NCBI GenBank assembly: GCA_044892505.1
Contig: CM097883.1
Location: 78,182,001 to 78,246,000, forward strand
Length of the DNA: 64,000 nt
Source: Schmidtea nova
Lineage: Eukaryota
Reading direction: 5' to 3'
Shown: positions 24,040 through 37,200 of the stretch, one piece after another
Layout of the letters: each line of letters starts with the position of its first letter
Numbering within the stretch: the first letter of the stretch is position 1
Made by a program: the position numbers and the translations under genes
The notes under the pieces: generated by a model
Database searches by the model: none
The model's input: the letters and a program-made list of their open reading frames with translations, nothing else
Told to the model about the DNA's origin: nothing

Positions 24040-24550
24040 TTAGATAAATACTATGTCTCCAAAGTCTTCTAACGTAGTGAGAACAGCAAGACTATTGGCC
24101 AACAATCAATTGAATTCGTTTATCTCAACGTCGAAATCTTTTGCTATTGAAGATAGCTTAGAAAATTTTTTGATTTAATCCAAACTCTAATTCAACTTCA
24201 GAAAACGTTTATCAGAGCATTAATGTCAACTGAATAGGCTAAGTTACATGAAGGAGTCAATGAAAAAATTGAAAATTATGAGGAAAGATGTAGTAAAGCT
24301 TTTGAAGAACCTTCTAATTTAGGGAGAGATTTAAATGAAAGGTAGAAAAGCAGTCCAATACTTTTTCAGGAACATTAATCGACTGGTAGGGAATGTCTTA
24401 GGGCATGAATTGTCAAAGGAGAAAATAACAGCTATTTTATTGAAAAATGCAATAGAAGATAAAGATAATTTTGAGTTTATTATGTCTATTTTCTTTCTGA
24501 TTTACAATTCAATATGTTCCCATATCCTCAGGAAGTTCGTACTATGATAT
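24040..24550 (+). pseudogene. Decayed coding remnant, possibly retroelement Gag-like
   Basis: Interrupted frame EGVNEKIENYEERCSKALKNLL..YFFRNINRLVGNVLG; helical Gag-like composition but no diagnostic motif. Confidence 0.25.
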
Positions 24551-25399
24551 ACCATGTGTAAACCCCTAGTCACTCGATGGTCAACTAAGTTTTGAACTCA
24601 GGTTTCAACAGGCAGGTGAGCTTCTCTGTAAAACCTACTCCCTGTCAAATGCATACTTTACTGGGTTCATTTTCAAGCCGATTCAAAACCTATTGCATGT
24701 TCATTTTTGTCCTTTACTCGTTTATCACTTTTATGTCATTAACTCCTGTATTCATTCAGCTATACTTATCTTTCTTACTACTCAATTATTACAATCATAA
24801 AAATATACATTCATCCGTGCACCAGGAAAACTACAAGTCACAATTAAAGACATACATTAATTACAATCAGGTACAATTTCTGTCGGGAATCACAATCTTG
24901 CCTAACAGTTTTAAATCGGTCAAATCATTTAGTCGATCATCCGTTTTCATGAGTTGTGTACGAAACTTCACTTTCCGCATTTCACGACTTTTCTTATTTT
25001 GTTTCTGACTTGATTTAGTCTTTCTAGTTACATTGGGAAGATTGGTTGAGTTTGACGATATCGGTTCTCTAATGGCGATCGATGGTTTTTTGGGAAACCA
25101 TCATTCATAAGTCACTGGCATAATTGTATCAGTCGATTCCCGCTCTACGAATGTTTTCGTTAACAATTGATGACAGTTTTGCAATTCCAATCTCTCCGCC
25201 TACAATTCCAACTGAAATGTTTCATAAGCCTTTAATACTCTGAGCAACTTCTGCTGGATTCTCTTACAAAACTGGTAGGAATTACGTATGTTCCAAGTCA
25301 TAAATTCAACATTTGAGCTTATTTTCTTTTCCTCGTCCACATTTCTCCTGTTGTTTTGAACACTTACAAATTGATATATACATCATATTTATCTAGAAA

Positions 25400-25960
25400 A
25401 TCGAGGATAAATCGAGCGAAAATCGAGGATATCTTGAAATTATCCAAGGAGTTGGTCCAAGCATCCGACAGATGAACATCCGACTAGCCGACATGGAAGA
25501 AGAACGTAAGATGGTCTGGTCAGAGCTTTGAACGTTGTCAAAAAGAATGGAGAAATTCCAATCTCGGTGCTGAAAGATCGAATCCACATGGACAAATGTG
25601 GAAGGCACCGAGAAGATGAAGAAGTAAATCAAACTTCTTCAAGAGCAGGCTGTGGATGATGCTCTACAACAGCAAGCACTCAAGATGACCGCCCGAGACC
25701 GTGATGCCGAATTTGTGTGATTGCGGGTTGACGCTGGTATCGTGTCAGCGGTGCAGCCGAAGTTAGAATTCACCACACTGTAGCTGTTTCCAGTGCGGGT
25801 AGAAGAAATGATGCCGTCTATCGCGTTCAATCCAGTTACAGTCTCTGGTCAACCGAAGCGATGAATACCTAGTAAAGGAGTTTGCTCCTGGCAAAAGAGA
25901 CGCTTGGAAGAACGACTACTGGGTCAGCTGCAAAAGACAGCCGCAGAGACAATAGATCTC
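25400..25960 (+). pseudogene. Unidentified coiled-coil ORF family, copy A
   Basis: GC-richer island; IRLADMEEERK..RMEKFQSRC*KIESTW..IKLLQEQAVDDALQQQALKMTARDRDAE.. is similar to 27128-27394(-) and 30491-30875(+). Confidence 0.6.
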
Positions 25961-26230
25961 TCGATTGTGAATTGATGACCCATACTTAGACAGATTTCCT
26001 TTTCTTTTTCTGTTCTTTTGTGATTTATTGTAGTTCGATGGTGTAATAAATGTAGTAAATATTAATTACATGTATAACTCAACCTTTTACATATTCTTTT
26101 AAATGGACATATCGTATATACACTTCGGAATTTGGTATACATTGACCCAAAACACGCGATAGAGAATGAATAACTTTTCTTTAAATTTCTGGTTAATGTA
26201 TCTCGAATTGAGTTAAGGAATAGAGTAGAG

Positions 26231-26776
26231 GACTAAAAATTGATAGATAACCTTTCGTCGGTTGCCCTTAAACCCACGACAATGTTCAGTCAATTATAGT
26301 TTCGAATTTCTTGACACTCTCTGATTGCGAATATACACCCAGTTGTTGCATTACCAGCGTTACATTGTAGCGGGCAAATAGATGGTTAGCTAATGTTTTA
26401 TGTGTTGAGTTGTTGATGATGAGCATTAGCAACGTCAAAGTCATTTTGATGGTCAACAACCCACAACTTATTATTATATTTTGTTTTAATTGTCATATTT
26501 TATAATATTACTTTATTAATTTTTCGTCTTTTCTTTATTTATGATGAGTTGTTGACCGTCAACATGACCTTCACATTACCATGGTTCATCATCAACAACT
26601 AAACACATAAAAGCATAGTTTAACCATTGTTGCCTGCTACAATGTAACATTGGGAATGCAACAAATGGGTAGATATTCGCAATCAGTGAGAGTAGAGAAA
26701 TTCTAAACTATAACTGACTGAACATCGTAGTGGGTTCAAGAGCGACCGATAGAAGGTTATATGCCAATTTTCCGTC
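26231..26776. mobile_element. Foldback / long-TIR MITE (Mutator-like)
   Basis: About 230-bp imperfect inverted repeats (26231-26465 vs 26540-26776), e.g. ATGTTCAGTCA.TTATAGTTT..CTGATTGCGAATAT..GTTACATTGTAGC.GGCAA, around a short AT spacer. Confidence 0.8.
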
Positions 26777-27109
26777 ACATATTAACTTTCTTATTTTCTA
26801 GATTGTAGTATAACTTGAAGTAAAAATCAAATCTTGAATATCTATCTCGTAATCCATGCCGATAATTTATGTTATTCCAGTATAAATAGAGATATTTAAT
26901 AATAATATAATAAATTATAACAAAGAAACACAGATTAGGTACAATACTATAATTATCATAATAAATACCATGCAGTTGACAGTTTCACAAAGGAAAAATA
27001 TACTAAATCATAAATCACAAAAGAATACACAGAATCAGTTCAAATATTTTGTATGATAAAGAAGTCGATGGTTTCAACACACTTTTCGGAGTTGTCCCAG
27101 CCCCTCTTC

Positions 27110-27394
27110 CGTCGAGCGCGTACCCCTTTATTGTGTTGCGACTGGCAGATTGATAACGAATAGAAGGGTCTCGCCTGACAGCACTGGAAACAGCTCCAGT
27201 GAGGGAAGGGTCAATTTCAGTTGCAAAGCTGTGATTATACAGGCATTGATTCGTAGCCGCGCTAGTTCGGTATCGCGATCTTTGACAGCTATTTTTAGAG
27301 CCCGCTGCTGAAGGTCATCGTCGGTGGCCTGTTCCTGAAGCAGCTTTATATGCTTCTTTAACTTAAAAAAATACCCCTTTAAAAATACCTTCAT
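27110..27394 (-). pseudogene. Unidentified coiled-coil ORF family, copy B (3' part)
   Basis: KHIKLLQEQATDDDLQQRALKIAVKDRDTELARLRINACI..LELFPV aligns residue-for-residue with copy A. Confidence 0.6.
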
Positions 27395-27497
27395 TTTCTA
27401 ATTTAAAACTATTTATACAAAAATTCTAAGTAAAACTTTTAGATTATCATTTAATGAATTTTCCAGTGCAACCTGATTGGTTGTATTATGTTATACA

Positions 27498-27550
<53 letters not shown>

Positions 27551-27769
27551 GTAATAACAAAAAAATTCTTTATGAAACCATTTGCAATCGATGAAAGTTT
27601 ATGTGTAATTTAAGAATATAAATTGCATTTTTGATTTTTTTAAATAAGTTCCCCCCTTTTCGGAAGAAGAAAGGGAAGAAATAATTTTTTTCAAAAAATG
27701 GACATGTTTTTTTAGCTTAATTCAAAAGAGTAATAGTAATAACTAAGCAACTTTTATTAAGAAATAAGA

Positions 27770-28105
27770 TACGGAACTGTTAGTAATCTGTACAAAATGT
27801 ACAAAATGAACTTCAGTTTCAAAGATTCAATTTTTCTCGATTTCGCGTGAAGTTCCACCATCAGTTTTACAGCACGTTCAGCAATTTTGTTAGATCTGGG
27901 AATGTCAATTAATGACTCCTCGACTGACCAATGCGTCTTTAAACACTTAATTGCTTTCTTGAATTTTATATTGTTGAGTGAGGTAAACAGTTCATTAAAG
28001 GACGCTTCATTGTAGTGCTACAAATGGAATCAAGCATTTGTCCATTCGTAGCAGATGAATTCGCATGCTTGGAGCGAGGATGCTGCGCCACTCTGGAATT
28101 AGAAA
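27770..28105 (-). mobile_element. C-terminal remnant of a DNA transposase (NxxAERAVKL motif)
   Basis: Minus strand reads CLKTHWSVEESLIDIPRSNKIAERAVKLMVELHAK; abuts the truncated Gypsy pol at about 28105; (TA)n at 27502-27547 lies beyond it. Confidence 0.45.
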
Positions 28106-29950
28106 TAATGTCAAACTAAATTTGTAAATCCCAGATCAAATTTCGACGCCATAAAGATTCCGCCGTATTTCCTGATCATTTCTTCAATGTCTTTATTATT
28201 CTCACTTGCCATCGCCATCAGTGCTTCATTTATTCTCTCTTCATCAGTGTGAATTTTGTTTATAAATGAAGTTTCTATATTATTGATCTTCACTAACTTT
28301 ACTCCAAGCTCCTTCATTGTATCAATACCCCCTATGAATTCAGTCTTGATTTCTTTTACAACCACTACTGTGATAATTTTGATCTTCTGATTCCATGTGA
28401 CCAGTACATTTATATATTCCATTGCTTCTTCACTTCCAGTTGAAAACACGCCGCATAATAATATAGTACTACGTTGAAGGTTTGGTCTGTCTATTCATTC
28501 CCACAAATCCTTGTTCATGACTGTTACTGACGCTCCAGAGTCCCATAACATATCTACTTCTGTATTTCCCAACATTATTTTACTCCAACTTCTTCCATCC
28601 TTCGTCTGATGCATCTCTTCTTCTGTCTCGTCTCTTCTTCGTTCATTTCTTCTTTCACAATTTATTGTCTTGACTCCACCGACAAAATGAAACCCATGGA
28701 GTCGCTGATGTTTTTTCCGTCTTCTCTCAATGTAGTATATTTCTAAGGAACATTGTATCTATCTTCCATATCGCTGTGAGCTATTCTGAAATCCTGGCTG
28801 TTCTCTGTGTAATCTCTTCTTTCAGATTTGAAATCTTCTTCTTCTATGCATGCTATTCTTTGATATCGGTGGGTAACATTTTTCCGTAACGAAAAACAAT
28901 TTCGGAACCCGTGTCCCTCCTTACTACATATCAGGCATTTATTTTTCAGTGGGCCCTCATATCTTCTGTGTCCCCTTTAGCCACAGCAAAAACAATCACC
29001 TATTGTTAATTTTGGAGCCAGTGCTTGTGGTAGTCCTCTACTTTCATTATAGATCCTTCCTGCTATATTCTTCATGGATAATGTTGGCAGTTTCCTTTCT
29101 GACCCATCTTATATTCTCACCTTTCTCAAAAATTGTTCTCTTGGAATTTTTCTCGACGACTGTGGTTATTTTCTTCGTATTGTATTGATTCGCGTTCAGG
29201 ATTTTTGTCTCTTCTTGGTCTGTGATGACTAAATGGCTCTTCTGATAGTCTTCTTTGTAATGGTGTAGGTCTGGTATCTTGAGTATTCTGTTGAATTCTC
29301 ATTTGCCCTTCCTCAATCACGCTAGCATATGTCCTTTTACCAATTGCTTTAATAAATTCAGTTTTATTGCTTCCATTTTGTAACTCTCAAAAATCTTCGT
29401 CAATGATCTCCTTTCTTTAATTTTTGTTTCTGGTTTCATCAATAATATCTCCCTCAGTCTCGCATCGCGTGCTTTATTTGCGATAAGATCTTGCACAATA
29501 TCTTCTCCTGATCGTCTTGAATTTATAACTTCAGCTAAAGCTTCCCTTAATCGTATCTCGAAAGCTTCATAACGTTCATCATCTTCCAGTTCCAGAACTG
29601 CCAATTCTCTGATTTTGTCAGTTATTGAGTTAGTAATTGTGAAAGTATATAAGAACCAAGTTTTGGCTTTCACATCTGTTGTTTCTGTTTCTCTGACGTT
29701 TCCACACAATGTCTTAGCTTCTGCCACTAATAACACATCGAAGGTGCTTGTCAATCGCTGTCCATTTGTCAACAGTCATTCTTCTATGTCCCTGATCTAT
29801 TCTTCTGCTTCTTTTGATCCTCGTCCATAATATCGTCTGATATTCAGCGTAAGCATATCTTGGGATGATTTTGGTAGACATTCCATTAACGTCTTTGTTG
29901 ATTTCGAAACTGCATTGACATTCTGATTTTCGGCGTGGTCGCCAGTTAAA
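28105..29950 (-). mobile_element. Truncated Ty3/Gypsy element: PBS, gag with two CCHC knuckles, aspartic protease, start of RT
   Basis: PBS-like TGGCGACCAC (29935-29944, -); gag ORF 29317-29772; CFCCG.RGH and CLICSKEGHGFRNC knuckles; protease MLWDSGASVTV at about 28520-28555; KYGGIFMASKFDLG before the truncation. Confidence 0.85.
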
Positions 29951-30490
29951 TCAAACTAAACAGCTTTTTCCTTCATATAGTTTTCTTTTTGTCGAGGTTT
30001 TGTCGATATCATCGACCTGGGCACGATCAGGATTCGATTTCCTAAATTAAAATATACTTTTGAACTCAAAAATAAAAATAAAATTCGAAAGATCTCAAAT
30101 AAATTTCTGGAAGAGATAAATGTAATTTTGGGAAAATTTACATCGTTACCCGTTGCCAGGGCCTCGGCAAATTTTTAAACTACGAAAATATTAAATTTTT
30201 ATTAAAATTGTAGATAATTTTATTAAATAAAGCAAGATAGACATTAAGTAATAAAAACTAAGCGGAGCTTGATTCAAAATTCACATAAAACTTCGACAAT
30301 GTAAAAACATAAAATTAACAATTAGGTATGAACGAACGTTCGAATCCCGAATTGAGTAGTGATAGTGTGATAAATATAATAACTGAAATTAAAATTATCT
30401 GTATGGTAAAATAAATCCTTTTGTCTGATTGTCAGAGATCGTCGATATTGGAATAAAGGTGTTTTGAACGCTATATATTAAATTTTAGAA

Positions 30491-30875
30491 GAATGAATCA
30501 AGACCAGAAATTATACGAGCTGCTGCGCAGAGCCGATTAAACCTCGAGACACAATAGGCGCGTGGATATCCGTTTAGCCGACCTTGAGGCCGAAAATCAG
30601 TAAGCGCGGAGGCATTGCAGACAATGGCCACGCGTATGCAGAAATTTCGAGCTCGTTGCCATAAGATGGAGGCAACGTGGTCAAGCAAGGAAGTCGTCGA
30701 CAAGATCAAACGACAAAATCAGATGTTGCTGCAGCAAGCGGCTGAAGACTCCATGCGATTGCGTATATTCAGAATGACTATTCGAGAACACGAAGCCACA
30801 ATCACCAAATTTCAGATGGAAAGCGGCATAATAACAAGTGAAAGCCTCATGGAGCAGATTACAGAACAAAATTAA
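30491..30875 (+). pseudogene. Unidentified coiled-coil ORF family, copy C
   Basis: DIRLADLEAENQ..RMQKFRARCHKMEATW..QNQMLLQQAAED..RMTIREHEATI..ESGII, homologous to copy A. Confidence 0.6.
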
Positions 30876-31255
30876 TGGTATTATAAATGACTTGATATCA
30901 TATTTAGAATTTATGATTTAAAATAATTTAACAAGCATTTTAAGAAGTACAACTTCAATGTAAAAGCATTTTTCTATTATTTTCATAAAATTTAAATTCA
31001 CTCTCCAGGGTTGATGATATATTAAATTATTTATAAATAAAAAAGTAAACTCTTTTATTAAAGAATAAAACAAAAAAAATAAAGTAAGAGTAAAAGAATC
31101 TTTGAATTATTTCAACTATGCCAATAACTTTAGATTTGTTTTAATAAATTTTCTTTTTAAAAATTCAAATTTAATCTTGTAAGTCATTATTTGATTAAAT
31201 GAATATTAATAACAGAATTAGATAATAATTTTTTAAAGATTTTTCTAATTTACAA

Positions 31256-34200
31256 ATGAATGACAATAACCAGTATATGGTTCAAGTTGGAGACTATGAC
31301 CAGAACACATACATCATTCAAGATGCTAATGGCGTTCAATATGATGGCAGTGCAATAATATCCGGTGACATTGCTGAAGGAAATAACCTAGTAATTAAAA
31401 AATATAGTTGTATAACAATTTAGCAAAAAAATTATAATAGATAAGTGAACCTCGATGGATACAACAAAATTCAGGAAGAGGTGGCAAAATTATGACAAAG
31501 TTAGTTTTTATATTAGACTTTTGAAGTTATATAATAAAATTAAGCCAAGCATTTGTAAATGGTGGTGATTTGGTATCAGTAAATGGTACAGGGTTGAATC
31601 TGAGCACCAGATTTACTCCTTCATCAATCGTACTGAATTCAGCTACAGCTGGCCAATTTGACCAGGACAGCTTGAGGATGGCATCAGCTGTCACTGGAAC
31701 CGGTGGAAGGGGGCGACCAAGGGGAAGAAAACCATCTCGAGTGAATAACATCTGAAATGAATAAATAGTTTAATATTGTTATTATTTCAGGGCAATTTTC
31801 CCGTCGTTCCAATAGATATGGTGAGACAATTGGGAATCGAGCAGCAGGTAATCCTTCAACCAACAGTACCAGTTGCAACAAAGAACAAATCCATTCAAAC
31901 GTCCACAATACAAATGTCAAAGAAAACCCAATGCAATGATATTGGGGTTAATGATATCTCTCTCAATTCAGAAGGGACCACCGAATCCAGTTAGCTGCTT
32001 TCATTATAGATTTGAATATTACATAAATAATTATTAAACAGTTTATTTGGGAATTATGTTTTCTTATAAACTTTAAAATGCAATATATTGAAACTCATTT
32101 TGTTGAAATAATTGAATTGATTAAAAGGCAGAAAAAGATCGAAATTTACATTTTTAACACATAAATCCTATAATTAATATATATTATTCCAGTGTCAGAA
32201 TTACAAATTATATACTAAAGAACAAGTTTTATTTTGAATCTCCCTTAGCAGCTGGTCATTTTAGACGAATGAAATACACGTTACGAAATGATTTAAACGA
32301 GATTAATATCTGCCGAGGTACTTTCGGCTATCTGGCACCCAGTATTATTTCAGCTATGGATTCAACATAATTTGGCAACACAGTCAAGCTACCAAATATT
32401 CTTTTATTTATTCAGGCGCCTAAAATAGATTCATATTCCTGAGAACACATTGAACCATCTCATTGTCTTTGGTGCCACATAACTAAATATCTAGCATAGA
32501 TCGTGCGATTCCACCGTGATTTCACCGTTTTGTATTTTCACATTTGCCACATTCTCATGTTCCAGTTGGGGATCCGATTGCATCATGTTATCTAAACATC
32601 TGTTTCCAAGGTTATCTTCTATTCGGCATCTATAAGTATTTGCTTTTCGGATCCAAAAGTAATGTTTTTGCTAATCCATCTCTATTGGCCAGTTAAATTC
32701 AAAACCATTTCATGGCAATTGTGACATTGTGCTAGATCTAGCGACTCATAGTCCAATTATGTAACGGGACCATTAAGAGATTCTTATAAATATAATAAAA
32801 ATGATTTATTGAATGTTTCGGAAACTATTTTTAATTAAAAATCAATGTAAAAATTATTTATAAAATTTTAATTTTTAAAAATTTTTTATTTATTTAATTT
32901 AAAAACCAATTTCATCAATCAATGCAACAACACACGCCATGCTGACATCCAAACTATTTAAAAACATTCAAAATACATGTTTTCACTGTATTCTTTACAT
33001 TAATTTTAGGGTTTAAGATCTTATCAACAACGGTTCACATATAATGCGTTCATAATGATTATTATCGAGTGCCGATGGATCACTCTAGGAATATATATTG
33101 GATATATGAGTTATTTTATTTATAACGTTTGCTAATTAAATAAGTCTCCGCTATCTCCTGAAGCATTGCTTGCTTCTGCTACCCCACTGTTACACTGCTG
33201 ATATATTAGGGCATCAGTTAATGACAAGGATTTTTAAAGAAATTTCAAGAAAAAATCCTATTTTTTCCGACAATTATCATGACAAATATTAGCTTAAATG
33301 ATCAAAATTTAACTAGTTGAATCAAATGCTGGAGAGACGGTAATTGATAATAGCTTAATTTGAACTAAAATCACCAATTGATTTATGAGGTCAGGAACTT
33401 TTATAAACCAGATTGACCAGAATGGGAGGAAATGAAATGTCAGACAAAACATCTAGATGGAAGTTGATTGAATTGGATAAGATAGATCTTTTTTCCGAAA
33501 ACAATATAAATACAGTCTAACTTTCATTATAAAGGTTATTAAGTAATCAGAAAGTAACCAGAATTACATTGAAAACATGTTGAAGTCATCGAAATATGAA
33601 GTATATATCAAGAATGGCAAATTTATAGGGAACTCCCGACACCCTAATGGTGGTTCACTAAAAATACTGATTATTTTTTACAGGGATGTGGAGTCGGAGT
33701 CGATAGAAATTAATTGTCTCTTCGACTCCTTTTCCACTTCGGAAAAAATTTATTTCACGCACGCATGTTAAACTTACGAAAAATATGAATGCTAATCAAA
33801 TAAAATGCACTCCAGGCCCCAGATTAGCGGTCTAAAAAACGAACAATGCATGGATACAGAGCGATGGATAGTTTTATTATACAAGAGCCCAAAAGAGATA
33901 AGAAATAATGTGTCTGGAGAGAAAATTTATTCAATCTTTATTTACACTTAATTCTGTTTTCACACGATAGATACGTTCATAAAAAATTCGTGTAAAAAAA
34001 GATATATTATGTATATTTCGGGGAATCTCACCCAATGAGAAAACATACGCATATAATCGACATAATCTAACTGAATTCTGAAGAATATAATGCGAAGTTA
34101 AAATGTATGTATGCATAATTTGTGAAAAATGAAAATAAAAAAAATTAATAGAACATCAAAAAAAATTCATAGACTATTGAAAATCGTGTTAAAACAAAGC

Positions 34201-37200
34201 AATTCGTGTAAAAAGAGAAAAAGAAATTCTTTTTAATTCGTGTAAAAACAGAATTAGGTGTATATGTTTAATTTATTTCATTATAAAGGTTATTAAGTAA
34301 TCAGAAAGTAACCAGAATTACATTGAAAACATGTTGAAGTCATCGAAATATGAAGTATATATCAAGAATGGCAAATTTATAGGGAACTCCCGACACCCTA
34401 ATGGTGGTTCACTAAAAATACTGATTATTTTTTATAGAATTTCAGGATATCTACGTTTTAATTAAGTATAATACGTAAATTTTTGATTTCCAATTATCTT
34501 TCACTACTTGTGTTAGTGTTTCCATAAATTTTCGATTATTTTTAGCTGATGTATTTCCTTTTTTATTTATCATTCAATCTCCATATTCATTCAAAGAACC
34601 ACATTTAAATTTCTCCAAATATTTATAATCAATTGATTCATCAGAGTTCGGCGATGAATCTTCATTATAACTAAATGACATTCTAAATCTGAGCTCGCAT
34701 AACAATTTAAGTACATATTTATACATTATTATTCATTCCTCTATGAATCTTGTTCAATTACTTTAAATTAAATCATTTGATCTTAACCGGTGATAATAGA
34801 AAAGGGACGTTGTTTTCATTTTTTAAATTTCATTTTTAATAAGTAATTGGAAAATAACAAAGAAGCCATTATTTGTAGAATTATATAGAATATAAAAAAT
34901 GTTCAATTTTAGTAGACGAATTAAATTAATATCCTAACAAATCTAAAAAATAATTCAAGTTTTCAAGGAGGTGCGAAAATCTATTTTTAATCTCAAAAGC
35001 GAAACAAGTAATGATTACAATTAATAAACATTTAATTACATATATTTTTATTGAAAATATATCCAATCGGGCTAATTTGATGCATACAAAAATACAATAA
35101 CTAAAATGTTGATTAAAAGTGAAAACTTCATCATTTCCCATCTAACTATCAATAAAATCAACTCGTTTTGCTCGAAATAATAAAAATTACAAATTTGCAA
35201 CAAAAACATTTTAGATTCACCAACTCAACTAGATAAATATTGGCGCATTCTATTACTATACAAAATATATAAGTTCTTAATATTTATCATTGCATAACAG
35301 CTTTACAAGGAATATATGGTTAAATTGCATAAATGATGTGGAAACTGATTGTCAGGAAACATTTAAATAATTTCATGTTGCCTATTTGTTATTACTATAA
35401 ATATTTATTTAATTGTTTTACAATATCTTACAAAATTATCTGAAATATGAATAAATCAATTGCTTTTTGGTATTTTTGTTATTTGCTACTGATGCCGCAT
35501 TATATTGACTTGATATTGATACTCATACGGTCCTGTAAATGCATTTCTAGATACAAAATGCATACACGTTCCAGTATTTATTCCGATCCCTGTACCAGTT
35601 TATATACCAATTCCGACATTTGTTAGAGAAAAACCCAAACCAAAGGATTTGGAAATTGTTCAGGAAGTAAATCCTGACGAAACAGAACTAATTGTGGAAT
35701 ATGAAGCAACAAATGGGGATAAAAATATTATATCGGTTGAGACTTCATCGATAGATAATTTAATAGATAAATCTGTAGAAGAAGCTAATGCTAATGCAGT
35801 TGATGTGTTAATGTCAATAGAAGAATCACCGATAAAAGAGGCTTATGTGAATCCTTCTTCTGTTGTATTTTCTCAAGATAAACATATTACTATTTCCACT
35901 GAAGAAGGATCAGCTCCGTCGAAAGAAACTCCAGTAGAAGTGAAAGAAGCGCCAGTAGAATATAAAGAAACGCGAGTAGATTATAAAGAAACTCCAGTAG
36001 AATCTAAAGTGAATCATTATTGTTGAAGAGATTTCATTAATCGATATAATAACAGAAACGTCGACTGAGCGATACGGAATCGATGCCGACTAAAATCAGG
36101 AAAACTGAAGCAACAGTAATAGAAAAGAAAGAGACCGATCCATGCAAATTGAAATATTCCTACGGAATCAACGCGTGGCGTCACTGGTCTAAAAATCTCG
36201 ATCTATTGAAATTGAATGTCACGGAAATCAATAAATATTTGATTGAATTCGTTCAGAAGATCCGTAAACCAACAAATGAGCGCTATGTTCCAGATTCTAT
36301 ATTTTATTTGTGTCTAGGTAATCTGGCCAAGGATTTCTCTCTTGATCTTAATTCTATTATTATAATAGGCATTCAATTGTTTTTATTGGATCATAAAAAT
36401 GAACTGAATTTGTTTGTTGATCCAAGATTGTTGGGATTTCAAAGTGAATTGAATAAAATTTTGGCTACTTTTAAACAGAAACTCGGAGAAAATCACGTTC
36501 TCGTTTGTCGTATCGAGGAAGATCACCTGTGGGAATCGCGACAGCTCGGCTGTCATGATCCTGGAGTAAGTTATCTTCACTGAATTATATATATTAGTGG
36601 TGAGTCGATTTTTGATTTGGAAATCGGAATTGACCGTATTCCTATTCTTGCCGATTAATCGGTATCAGCACGGACAGGCCTACCGATTCAAATTGTGTTA
36701 AAACCGGTTAATCAATTAAACATAAAATTATAAATAAATATTAGCGTTATATACGTTTATAATACCTTCTTCCATGTATCCAGTTACATTATCTTGTCAA
36801 ATAAAAATATTAAAATAATAGCTGATTTTATTGTTTATTTCTGCGATCATCCCGCGACAGACTTGATAGAAAACGGATTTTATTAAATCATATAAAATTT
36901 CCAAGATTAATTTAATCGGAATCGGAATCGGTAAAAAAAACTTCACTGATATTCGGATTCCGGAATCGGTAAAAAATCAAAATCGGCCCACCCTAATATA
37001 TATATATTTATATATATATATATATACCGTATTTATTTTCTTATAACACACACCTTTAATAATTTTCTGTTTGATATATGAAAATTAAAACCGTACATTC
37101 AAATTACGGAAAGCTAGTATGTTTATTCAAAATATTGATCAGGCAGATAAAGGCTGCTATTTCCAACTAAATTGGAATCTTGAATGCCCTCACCCAGGGG

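Noticed and set aside
32230-32800. Minus-strand TYRCRIEDNLG resembling an Ig F-strand
   Set aside because: A single short motif among many stops, with no matching Cys/Trp spacing in one frame.
35298-35355. Possible extra ZMYM-like exon (copy 2 has CAG|GTAAC, copy 1 has CAG|GAAAC)
   Set aside because: Its open frame is phase-incompatible with exons 4 and 5, which already join in frame.
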